From NCBI GenBank assembly GCA_017461055.1, contig JAFTZI010000007.1, positions 1,236-65,235 on the forward strand: a DNA stretch of 64,000 bases. The letters run 5' to 3'. Position 1 is the first letter of the stretch. Each line of letters starts with the position of its first letter. This DNA comes from Clostridia bacterium (lineage in GTDB: Bacteria; Bacillota; Clostridia; Oscillospirales; CAG-272). This document shows, in pieces, positions 36,752 to 45,016 of this stretch. The notes under the pieces were generated by a model. The model searched no databases and was not told the DNA's origin. It saw only the letters and a list, made by a program, of their open reading frames with translations. Both the position numbers and the translations under genes were made by a program.

Positions 36752-39011
36752 TATTTAAATCTACTTTGTAATCACAATTTTTATCTGAACAATATAAATA
36801 GTGCTGAATTTTATTTTTCTTTTCAAGCACAGTTTTAGAGCATTTTGGACATTTTGAAGCAGTAGGAGCATCCCAGGTTGAAAAATCACACTCGGGATAT
36901 TTTGAACAACTGTAAAACTGTCTCTTGCTCTTGGTTTGTTTTTTAATTATTTCGGCGCCACACTTTGGACAATTCATGTTTGTCTTTTTTTCGATGTTTT
37001 TTATGTGTTTACATTTAGGATAATTTGAGCAAGCATAAAATTCACCGTACCTGCTTTTCCTTAAAACCATATCAGCGCCGCAAACCTCACACTTAAAATC
37101 AGCTTTTTCAACAGGCTTAACTTCAGCCACATTGCCATTTTTATCTAAAGTTTTTGTATTTTTGCATTTTGGATAGTTGGGACAAGCAGCAAATTTACCG
37201 AATCTGCCATTTTTCACCACCATTTTGCTTCCACAAAGCTCACATATAATATCGGTCTCTTCAGCAGGAACCTCAATATTTTGATTGCCTAATCTTTCGG
37301 TCGCTTTATCAAGCTCCTTTTTGAAGCCCTCGTAAAAGTCACTCAAAACTGTTTCTAATGTTGTTTCGCCACTTTCTATCGTATCGAGATTATCCTCCAT
37401 ATTAGCTGTAAATTTATAATTTAATATGTCGGGAAAATGCTCGTTCATTATCTTTGTGATTACTTCACCAAGCTGAGTGGGCTTTAATGACTTTCCTTCT
37501 CTAACAACATAGCCTCTTGACAAAATAACGGTAAGAATAGGTGCATAGGTGCTTGGACGTCCAATACCCTTTTCTTCCAAAAATTTAATTAATGAAGCTT
37601 CATCATAACGCGGTGGCGGTTCTGTAAAGTGTTGCGAAGGCTTAACATCAATAGCATTAAAAATCTCACCGTTTGATAATTTAGGCAAGCTAACACTTCT
37701 ACTTGGATTAAACTGTTCCTCGTCATTATCGGTTATATCATTTGATTCGGTATAAATGGCAGTATATCCCAAGAATTTAACAGTATAACCGGATGCACGA
37801 AAAACATGGCCCTTATTATCAAAATCGGCAACAACAGTATCGATTACTGCGGAAGACATCTGACTTGCCAAAAACCTATCCCAAATTAGCTTATATAACT
37901 TAAATTGTTCGTTTGATAAATGCTTTTTAATTTTTGAAGGCTCGAAGCTAACCTTAGAAGGTCTGATAGCTTCGTGCGCATCCTGTGCGTTTGATTTGGT
38001 TTTATATATTCTTGCTTTGTCAGGTCTATACTCTTTGCCATATTTTTCTTCTATATACTCTCTTGCTGAAGTCTGCGCTTCATTAGAGATTCTTAATGAG
38101 TCAGTACGCATATAGGTAATAAGACCATGGACTCCGCCAAACTCAGCTCCGAGATTAACACCTTCATAAAGCTCTTGGGCAATCTTCATTGTTTTTTGAG
38201 ATTGAAAATTCAATTTTCTTGATGCTTCTTGCTGAAGGCTAGAAGTAATAAAAGGTGGCTGAGGAGCACGTCTTTTTGTTCCGTTCTTTAAATTGAGCAC
38301 CTTAAAGCTGTCTGCTTTTATATCAAAAAGAATTTTATCAGCTTGTTCTTGATTTTCAATTTTAATTTTTTTATCTGCATCACCATAATAATTTGCAATC
38401 AAATGCTTATCATCATGTTGTAGCTCAACAGATATATTCCAATATTCAGAAGGAATAAATTTTCTGATTTCTTCCTCACGCTCTACAAGTATTTTAGTCG
38501 CAACTGATTGAACGCGCCCTGCTGACAACCCACTTTTTACGGTTTTCCATAAAAATGGGCTAATTTGATATCCGACAATCCTATCGAGAATTCTTCTTGC
38601 TTGTTGAGAGTTTACCAGATTCATATCAATGCTGCGTGGATGCTTGATTGCTTCCTTAACTGCATTTTTAGTGATTTCATTGAATGTTACTCTCTTTGCT
38701 TTCTTTGCGTCATCTCCTAATATTGCGGCAAGATGCCAAGAAATAGCCTCTCCTTCACGGTCAGGGTCAGTTGCAAAGAAAATTTTATCTGCATTTTTTG
38801 CTTCCTTACGGAGTTCTTTTATTAAATCGCCCTTGCCTCTTATGTTTATATAATGAGGCGCAAAGCTGTTATCAATATCAATACCCAACGTCGACTTTGG
38901 TAAATCTCTAACATGTCCCACTGATGCAATTACTTTATAGTTAGAGCCTAAATAACTTTTAACTGCTCCTATTTTACCAGGTGACTCAAGTATTACAAGG
39001 TTATTCGCCAT
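36738..39011 (-). CDS. topA: DNA topoisomerase I
   Basis: 757 aa. It has a Toprim domain (LVILESPGK, DPDREGE), the active-site region, and four C-terminal C4 zinc-ribbon repeats (CxxC...CxxxxxC). Confidence 0.95.
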   Translation of the reverse strand: MANNLVILESPGKIGAVKSYLGSNYKVIASVGHVRDLPKSTLGIDIDNSFAPHYINIRGKGDLIKELRKEAKNADKIFFATDPDREGEAISWHLAAILGDDAKKAKRVTFNEITKNAVKEAIKHPRSIDMNLVNSQQARRILDRIVGYQISPFLWKTVKSGLSAGRVQSVATKILVEREEEIRKFIPSEYWNISVELQHDDKHLIANYYGDADKKIKIENQEQADKILFDIKADSFKVLNLKNGTKRRAPQPPFITSSLQQEASRKLNFQSQKTMKIAQELYEGVNLGAEFGGVHGLITYMRTDSLRISNEAQTSAREYIEEKYGKEYRPDKARIYKTKSNAQDAHEAIRPSKVSFEPSKIKKHLSNEQFKLYKLIWDRFLASQMSSAVIDTVVADFDNKGHVFRASGYTVKFLGYTAIYTESNDITDNDEEQFNPSRSVSLPKLSNGEIFNAIDVKPSQHFTEPPPRYDEASLIKFLEEKGIGRPSTYAPILTVILSRGYVVREGKSLKPTQLGEVITKIMNEHFPDILNYKFTANMEDNLDTIESGETTLETVLSDFYEGFKKELDKATERLGNQNIEVPAEETDIICELCGSKMVVKNGRFGKFAACPNYPKCKNTKTLDKNGNVAEVKPVEKADFKCEVCGADMVLRKSRYGEFYACSNYPKCKHIKNIEKKTNMNCPKCGAEIIKKQTKSKRQFYSCSKYPECDFSTWDAPTASKCPKCSKTVLEKKNKIQHYLYCSDKNCDYKVDLNNESK

Positions 39012-39027
39012 TATTAAATCCTTTCAG

Positions 39028-40248
39028 TTACTTCTTTATGTAAAAGCCTCCGGGAGCGCTTTGAACAGCTCCCTTTATTTCAAGCATTGTAATTATAGAT
39101 GCAAGCTCAGATACAGAAAAATCAAGCTTAGATAAAAATTCAAGAGATGTAGGTTTATCAAATTCCATAGAATTATATACTATTTTCTCATTTTCATTAA
39201 GTGTGCTTGTATCAAAGCGTTCGACTACTTTTTCAACCTCTTTTTGAGCATTACTTTTCTTTCTAAACAAAGAGCTTGCCTTAGAAAGAAGCTCACTTGG
39301 AGCGGTATTGGCTTTATCTTTGTTCTCTCGCTTTATTACAGGACGCTCCTTTGAGGCGGACAAATTAATATTCGGATATTTGTCCATATACTGCTCCAAT
39401 ACATCAATAGCCTCGGTTGCCGGCTTTGCTCCGTCTTTTATCAATTGGTTAGTACCTTTTGAAGCGAAGCTATTTACAGGTCCCGGAAAAGAAAACAAAT
39501 CCTTGCCTTGCTCAAGCGCACGTCTTGCTGTTATTAAAGCACCACTGTCCAAATCTGCTTCTACAACAACCGTTGCCACCGATAATGCACTAATAATTCT
39601 GTTTCTTAAAGGAAAATTGTAACCGTTTGGCGGTGTATGAGGTGGGTATTCAGTAATTACTGCTCCAACTCTCATAAGTTTTTCCATTAAAGCATAGTGC
39701 TCTTTTGGATAAACAACATCAATGCCACAGCCAAGAACAGCTACCGATGCTCCACCTGCATATAATGCACCCTTTTGAGCAACACCGTCTATTCCTTTTG
39801 CCATGCCACTTACAACTATGGCTCCACCCTTAGCAAGACCGAACCCTAAATTATAAGCGTTTCTTTGTCCTTCCACTGTGAGACTTCTTGTTCCAACGAC
39901 AGAAATACAAAGCTCGTTTTCAAAATCAGGTAATTTGCCTTTGCAATACAGAGCCGCAGGGTAATCCTTAATCGCCCTTAACGGATAAGGATAATTATCA
40001 TCTGAAGGTGTTACAATTTGTACTCCGTAGTAATCACACCATTCAATAATTTCTTGAGCATGATCTAAATTTTTGTCGAGTAACTTCCTCTTTTGACCAT
40101 TATCAAGCCAATCAATTAAGTCAACATCGGCATCATCACAATCGTAAATTGCTTCGGCACTGCCAAAATGTGAAAATAATTTATTGTAAATGGTGTTACA
40201 CGCACCAAAATGAAGTGAAAGCCACAACCAAATTTTCTTATCGTACAT
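39028..40248 (-). CDS. dprA: DNA processing protein DprA (Smf)
   Basis: 406 aa with the Rossmann-like DprA core (GMAKGIDGVAQKGAL) and a C-terminal winged-helix-like tail. It is in the conserved position upstream of topA. Confidence 0.9.
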   Translation of the reverse strand: MYDKKIWLWLSLHFGACNTIYNKLFSHFGSAEAIYDCDDADVDLIDWLDNGQKRKLLDKNLDHAQEIIEWCDYYGVQIVTPSDDNYPYPLRAIKDYPAALYCKGKLPDFENELCISVVGTRSLTVEGQRNAYNLGFGLAKGGAIVVSGMAKGIDGVAQKGALYAGGASVAVLGCGIDVVYPKEHYALMEKLMRVGAVITEYPPHTPPNGYNFPLRNRIISALSVATVVVEADLDSGALITARRALEQGKDLFSFPGPVNSFASKGTNQLIKDGAKPATEAIDVLEQYMDKYPNINLSASKERPVIKRENKDKANTAPSELLSKASSLFRKKSNAQKEVEKVVERFDTSTLNENEKIVYNSMEFDKPTSLEFLSKLDFSVSELASIITMLEIKGAVQSAPGGFYIKK

Positions 40249-40281
40249 AGCAACCTCGTTAAACTACAAAATCTCTATAAT

Positions 40282-40310
40282 ATAATATCATTTTATTTTG
40301 CGAATGTCAA
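40282..40310 (-). promoter_or_regulatory. sigma-A-type promoter heading the dprA-to-leuS array
   Basis: The minus strand reads TTGACA (40305-40310), a 17-nt spacer, then TATTAT (40282-40287). Confidence 0.45.
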
Positions 40311-40338
40311 TTCCTTTTATAAAATAATATATATAATA

Positions 40339-41163
40339 TTACTGCATTTTGCTCATTTCCCACATTATAATTGCTGCCGCAATTGAAGCATTTAAGGATT
40401 CGGTGTTTTCGCACATTGGAATAAAAAGAGTTGCATCTGATATAGCAATTACTTCTGTGCTTATACCATGCCCTTCGTTTCCAATAACAAAAACATCGTT
40501 TTCATTAATTAAGCATTCACCTAACTTTAATGAATTATCCTTTAATGTGGTAGAAATCACACGTTTCCCTTGTTTTTTTAATTCGCCAAGTATATTGGGT
40601 AAATTATCAACAATGTCTATTTTAAGCTTAAATATTGCTCCCATTGAGCTTCTGATAACCTTTTGAGAATATATATCGGCACAGTCTGATGTGAAAATTA
40701 ATCTGTTTATTCCAAACGCCGCAGCATTTCTCAAAATTGTACCAACGTTTCCGGGGTCGCGCACCGATTCAAACACCATAATTTTCTCTTGTTTATTTGT
40801 CTGAGCAAAATTGTTAATCTGATGATTTTTTAAAAACTTACAAACAGTAATTATTCCTTGTGGCGCACTTTCTTCGGTTAGCTTTGAAAAAACACTTTCA
40901 TTAACACAATATACTTTTATGCCTGTATTTTGTAACAATTTAATTTTTTCAATAGTTTCTTTATCTAAGCATAAATCTTCTTTAAGCACTATGCACTCTA
41001 TGTCTGCTGAAAAATTGTATGCTTCAATAAACAGCTTTACTCCGTCAAGTGTAAATAATTGTGATTCTTTTCTTCCTTTTTTGTTTAATAGCTTGGCAAT
41101 TTTGACAATTGTCGAATTTGACTTGCTTGTTATATAATCTGTATTAAAAATCTTAGAATTCAT
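40339..41163 (-). CDS. TrmH/SpoU-family RNA 2'-O-methyltransferase
   Basis: SpoU motifs are VIGNEGHGIS and IPM...ESLNASIAAAI. The track ORF (to 41223) runs through the rplT terminator. I trimmed it to the ATG at 41163, which has the SD GGAGA 8 nt upstream. Confidence 0.85.
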   Translation of the reverse strand: MNSKIFNTDYITSKSNSTIVKIAKLLNKKGRKESQLFTLDGVKLFIEAYNFSADIECIVLKEDLCLDKETIEKIKLLQNTGIKVYCVNESVFSKLTEESAPQGIITVCKFLKNHQINNFAQTNKQEKIMVFESVRDPGNVGTILRNAAAFGINRLIFTSDCADIYSQKVIRSSMGAIFKLKIDIVDNLPNILGELKKQGKRVISTTLKDNSLKLGECLINENDVFVIGNEGHGISTEVIAISDATLFIPMCENTESLNASIAAAIIMWEMSKMQ

Positions 41164-41189
41164 TTCAAAATTCTCCACAATTAAAATTT

Positions 41190-41218
41190 TAAAAAAACTC
41201 GGCAAAAGCCGAGTTTTA
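41190..41218 (-). terminator. rho-independent terminator after rplT
   Basis: Stem actcggc pairs with gccgagt around a 4-nt loop. The minus strand reads ...AAAACTCGGCttttGCCGAGTTTTTTTT. It begins 8 nt after the stop at 41226. Confidence 0.7.
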
Positions 41219-41225
41219 TGCAAAA

Positions 41226-41579
41226 TTATAGAGCTGCCTTTGCTTTCTCTGCAAGTGCTGCAAATGCTTCCTTATCAGAAACTGCAAGCTCTGCAAGCAT
41301 CTTTCTGTTGAGATCGATACCAGCAAGCTTAAGACCGTGCATAAGTGTAGAATAGTTCATGCCACAAACCTTAGCCTGTGCAGAAATTCTTGTAATCCAA
41401 AGAGAACGGAAATCTCTCTTTTTCATCTTACGGCCGGCGAACGCATAATTACCGCTCTTCATAACAGCCTGTTTAGCCATCTTATAGTGCTTACTCTTTG
41501 CGCCCCAATAGCCCTTTGCCATCTTTAAAACTTTATTTCTTCTCTTACGTGCCATCATAGCACCCTTAACTCTAGCCAT
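41226..41579 (-). CDS. rplT: 50S ribosomal protein L20
   Basis: 117 aa with MARVKG...[15 protein letters not shown], a typical L20 N-terminus. Confidence 0.95.
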   Translation of the reverse strand: MARVKGAMMARKRRNKVLKMAKGYWGAKSKHYKMAKQAVMKSGNYAFAGRKMKKRDFRSLWITRISAQAKVCGMNYSTLMHGLKLAGIDLNRKMLAELAVSDKEAFAALAEKAKAAL

Positions 41580-41613
41580 CTTAAAAATCCTCCTTGTTAA
41601 CGTTTCATTCTTA

Positions 41614-41808
41614 TTATTTGTTGATAAGCTTCTTAATTGTTGGAGCCATACTCTCGCTTAGGTATGAGCCAGAACGAAGATTTCTCTTACGCTTAGCTGT
41701 CTTAAGACCGAGGTTGTGACGATGCTGTGAATGAAACATCTTTACCTTTCCAGTACCGGTCAAAGAAAATCTCTTGCTTGAAGCCTTATGTGTTTTAATC
41801 TTTCCCAT
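41614..41808 (-). CDS. rpmI: 50S ribosomal protein L35
   Basis: 64 aa beginning [14 protein letters not shown]..., a typical L35. Confidence 0.93.
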   Translation of the reverse strand: MGKIKTHKASSKRFSLTGTGKVKMFHSQHRHNLGLKTAKRKRNLRSGSYLSESMAPTIKKLINK

Positions 41809-41843
41809 GATATTAATTTCCTTTCATGATAAGTATATTTATC

Positions 41844-42362
41844 TTATTTTTTTACGGGTGAAATGATAACTGACATTCTTCTGCCATCAAGTACAGGAGC
41901 CTTATCAGTTGTACCAAATTCGGAGCAAAGTCCGATAAATCTTTCTATGATTTCAACGCCTACCTCGGTGTGAGCCATCTGTCTTCCCTTAAAAGAAAGC
42001 ACTACTCTAACCTTGTCACCATTCTTTAAAAAACGGATTGCATTATTTGCCTTCGTATTAAAGTCGTGAGTGTCTATTGTACAAGAAAGCTGAACCTCTT
42101 TTACATTAACAACCTGCTGTTTTTTCTTAGCTTCCTTTTCTCTCTTATCACGGTCATAGCGATACTTGCCATAATCCATAATACGACATACGGGCGGGGT
42201 TGCAGAAGGAGCGATAAGAACAAGGTCAAGTCCCATCGAATAAGCCTTTTCTAAAGCTGTATCAGAAGACATAACACCCAATTGTTCGCCACTATCGGTA
42301 ACAACTCTTACCTCTTTAAGTCTAATTTCTTCGTTAATAGACATTTCTTTTGCGTTGCTAAT
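41844..42362 (-). CDS. infC: translation initiation factor IF-3, probable ATT start
   Basis: The IF-3 pattern (INEEIRLKEVRVV..., then the C-domain) starts near the minus-strand sequence GGAGGTG-cttactt-ATT AGC AAC GCA AAA GAA ATG. The SD lies 7 nt from the in-frame ATT at 42362 and 25 nt from the first ATG (42344). The 39 N-terminal residues of the track ORF are hydrophobic junk. Confidence 0.9.
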   Translation of the reverse strand: MSNAKEMSINEEIRLKEVRVVTDSGEQLGVMSSDTALEKAYSMGLDLVLIAPSATPPVCRIMDYGKYRYDRDKREKEAKKKQQVVNVKEVQLSCTIDTHDFNTKANNAIRFLKNGDKVRVVLSFKGRQMAHTEVGVEIIERFIGLCSEFGTTDKAPVLDGRRMSVIISPVKK

Positions 42363-42527
42363 AAGTAAGCACCTCCAATTAATCCAAGAGCATTGAATTA
42401 TCATAAAAATAAAATTGTGCGAAAACAAAGAGTCTCCGCACAATAACAAAAATATCTCAAAGATAAAGTTATTAACCACAAACGCCCTTGCATTTGGGTG
42501 AGAACGGAGAGTTCTACTTCTTTTTGC
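42363..42527 (-). promoter_or_regulatory. infC-rpmI-rplT leader with an attenuator terminator (L20-leader-like)
   Basis: This is a roughly 165-nt leader between the predicted -10 and the ATT. It contains the hairpin ATTGTGCG (42414-42421) paired with CGCACAAT (42437-42444), followed on the minus strand by TTTATTTTTAT, about 40 nt upstream of the start codon. Confidence 0.5.
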
Positions 42528-42533
42528 CCTATG

Positions 42534-42562
42534 ATTGTATCACATATAAAATCATTTGTCAA
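42534..42562 (-). promoter_or_regulatory. sigma-A promoter of the infC operon
   Basis: The minus strand reads TTGACA (42557-42562), a 17-nt spacer, then an extended -10 TGaTACAAT (-10 at 42534-42539). Confidence 0.55.
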
Positions 42563-42584
42563 TAGCAAATTTCAAAAAATTTCA

Positions 42585-42632
42585 AATTTTCAGTTTTGTG
42601 TCGTTCTTTTCGTAAAAAGAGCGACACAAAAC
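42585..42632 (-). terminator. terminator after the GH3 gene
   Basis: An 18-bp stem (one G-U pair) spans 42593-42610 and 42615-42632 with a 4-nt loop. It is followed on the minus strand by TGAAAATTT and begins 9 nt after the stop at 42642. Confidence 0.65.
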
Positions 42633-42641
42633 GTCTGATAT

Positions 42642-45008
42642 TTACTTGTTTATTACGTAGTTAGTCTTAAGTATATGCTCCAGTAAACGTTTTGCACATA
42701 GCTGAGCATCCTCTTTTTTGATGCTTCCTTCCTCAAGACCTTCAACTATTGCCTTTCTATGACGACCGGGCATTATCAAATCATTACAAGCATGTACGTG
42801 TTCCTTTGGATTTGCGCATGGATTCCAGTCGGTCATAACTATGCCATCATAGTCCCACTCACCTCTTAAAATACCCATCAAAAGGTCATAGTTAGTAGAA
42901 GCGAAAATTCCGTTGATTTTATTATAAGCGGTCATAATCGCATAAGGATGTCCTTCTTCAACTGCAATCTTGAAGCCCTTTAAATAAATCTCTCTTAACG
43001 CTCTTTCACTAACCTGCGAATCAGAAACGCCACGTTCATACTCGATATTGTTACAAGCAAAGTGCTTAACCGTTGTGTATCTGCCTGTTGGCTCTGCATT
43101 CTCATTAAACTGAACTCCAATTGTAATATATGCACCGATTTTGCCTGAAATTATTGGATCCTCGGAAAGATACTCAAAGTTTCTGCCGTTTAGCGGATTT
43201 CTATGAATATTAATGCCCGGAGCAAGCCATCCCTCAATATCACTAAGCTCCAAGTCTGCACATACACATTCACCAAAACGTCTTGCACATTCTAAATCCC
43301 AAGAATTTGCCAAGCAGGTTCCCGATGGATATGCGACAACTGCTCTTGAAAGCTCAGTGTCGGTTTCAATAGGAGTTGTAAATATAGCAAGACGAACACC
43401 GGCAGGGCCATCGGCACATGCATTTACAGGGATAGCATATTTCTCGCTTGACCACATTTCTCCGGCCGCACCGCGCACCTTTATAGCCATACTACCTACA
43501 TTAGCGTTTGCATTCGAGCCTTCGTATATTACTCCGTTAAGAACGTCTGCAAGTTCTTCATTTGAAAGCTCTGCTACTACATCTTCAACAGTTGCTTTTC
43601 CGTCGTATACGTCTTTGAGTGTGTAGTGCTTATTATCCTTAGGAGTCAGTAATACGGGTGGATTGTTTTCAATCACATTATGTACCGTTGTTTCCACAGA
43701 ATTGCAGTCAAACTCAAACACCTTAGCATTTGCCTTCTCTTCTTCTTCGTTTTCGTATGTATACGGTGTAACACCCTTATTTGTCAAAAGGTTGAGTGTC
43801 TTTTGTAATGGAAGTCTATTTGTTACAACGTCACAAAGAACCTCTTTTGAAAGGTTAATAGCGCAAGCAATGCTTGTATTTCTTGAAGAATTACCAATTC
43901 TTACGAAATATTTACCTGCTTCAAGCACAAAGCTGGCTCTTTCTTCATCATATGATGCCATTTCTGTTAAATCAAATGACAGAAGGAGCTCGCATTCTTC
44001 ACCGGGCTTAAGCACATCTGTTTTTGCATATGTGCAAAGCTCCTGATACGGTTTTTCAAGCTTTACTTCAGGCGCAGATAAATAGCATTGAATTACTTCT
44101 CTGCCATCGTACTGACCTGCATTTGTAACCTTAACAGTAATGTCGACAATTTGATCGTCAATTCTTACATCTACTACACTACTTAAAAAATCGGTGTAAG
44201 ACATACCATAACCGAAAGGATATCGTGGGTTAATACCAAATGTATCGAAATATCTGTATCCAACGTAAATGCCCTCGTTATATGGCACCTCCACTGTTGT
44301 AATTCCTTCTTTGGTTGGGTAATCATTATATTCATAAGCCCATGTTGTAGTCAGCTTACCGCTTGGTGAAACCTTACCGCTTACAACATCAGCAACAGCA
44401 CAACCGAACATTTCTCCACCCAATGATACATTGAGTATTGCGTCAATTTTGCAAGCGTCGATTGAACGTAGGTCAAGAGGACCACAGGTATTTAAGAGCA
44501 ATACTGTTTGCTTAAAGCTTTCAGACACGCGCTTAACAAGCTCTATTTCTGTGCTATGAAGTCTAAAATAGCCTTCCTCATCCTTTAAATCAAAGGCTTC
44601 TCCGCTATTTCTTCCCAATGTGATAACTGCAATATCGGATTTATCAGCAGCAGCCTTTATAAGCTCGTCTGTAACCGGAATCTCATCCTGTCGGTATGTC
44701 CACTCATCCCAATTTCTGTTCATCAGCCTTTGATCTGGTAAGGCTTTTACATACTCACAGCAAGCAGACTCTACCTCACTATTCAAGCAATAGCCTGCTT
44801 CCTTTAAAGCATCGTTAATTTGTGAAATGGTTTGTGCCATCATGTCACCTGAGCCCCAACCAAGTCTAAAGCATCTGTATGAAGAAATGCCGAACAAAGC
44901 AATTTCCTTGTCCTTTGAAATAGGCAGTGCTTTGTTTTCGTTTTTCAAAAGTACCATACCGCCTGCCGCAGCATAACGTGCAAAATCTAATTTTTCCTGT
45001 CTTAACAT
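42642..45008 (-). CDS. glycoside hydrolase family 3 beta-glycosidase with permuted domain order
   Basis: 788 aa. The N-terminal half carries the GH3 C-domain pattern (MVLLKNENKALP, GGEMFGCAVADVVSGKVSPSGKLTTTW) and an Fn3-like segment. The catalytic N-domain motifs (ADGPAGVR, KHFACNN, nucleophile MTDW) are in the C-terminal half. I see no signal peptide. Confidence 0.9.
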   Translation of the reverse strand: MLRQEKLDFARYAAAGGMVLLKNENKALPISKDKEIALFGISSYRCFRLGWGSGDMMAQTISQINDALKEAGYCLNSEVESACCEYVKALPDQRLMNRNWDEWTYRQDEIPVTDELIKAAADKSDIAVITLGRNSGEAFDLKDEEGYFRLHSTEIELVKRVSESFKQTVLLLNTCGPLDLRSIDACKIDAILNVSLGGEMFGCAVADVVSGKVSPSGKLTTTWAYEYNDYPTKEGITTVEVPYNEGIYVGYRYFDTFGINPRYPFGYGMSYTDFLSSVVDVRIDDQIVDITVKVTNAGQYDGREVIQCYLSAPEVKLEKPYQELCTYAKTDVLKPGEECELLLSFDLTEMASYDEERASFVLEAGKYFVRIGNSSRNTSIACAINLSKEVLCDVVTNRLPLQKTLNLLTNKGVTPYTYENEEEEKANAKVFEFDCNSVETTVHNVIENNPPVLLTPKDNKHYTLKDVYDGKATVEDVVAELSNEELADVLNGVIYEGSNANANVGSMAIKVRGAAGEMWSSEKYAIPVNACADGPAGVRLAIFTTPIETDTELSRAVVAYPSGTCLANSWDLECARRFGECVCADLELSDIEGWLAPGINIHRNPLNGRNFEYLSEDPIISGKIGAYITIGVQFNENAEPTGRYTTVKHFACNNIEYERGVSDSQVSERALREIYLKGFKIAVEEGHPYAIMTAYNKINGIFASTNYDLLMGILRGEWDYDGIVMTDWNPCANPKEHVHACNDLIMPGRHRKAIVEGLEEGSIKKEDAQLCAKRLLEHILKTNYVINK

Positions 45009-45016
45009 AATAACTC

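Noticed and set aside
41164-41223. 5' extension of the TrmH-family ORF (MHKTRLLPSFFKILIVENFE).
   Set aside because: The extension is encoded by the rplT terminator hairpin and U-tract. A proper SD (GGAGA) precedes the internal ATG at 41163.
42363-42479. N-terminal 39 residues of the track's 211-aa infC ORF (MVNNFIFEIFLLLCGDSLFSHNFIFMIIQCSWINWRCLL...).
   Set aside because: This stretch overlaps the leader terminator hairpin, has no IF-3 similarity, and has no SD. The real SD sits just before the ATT at 42362.
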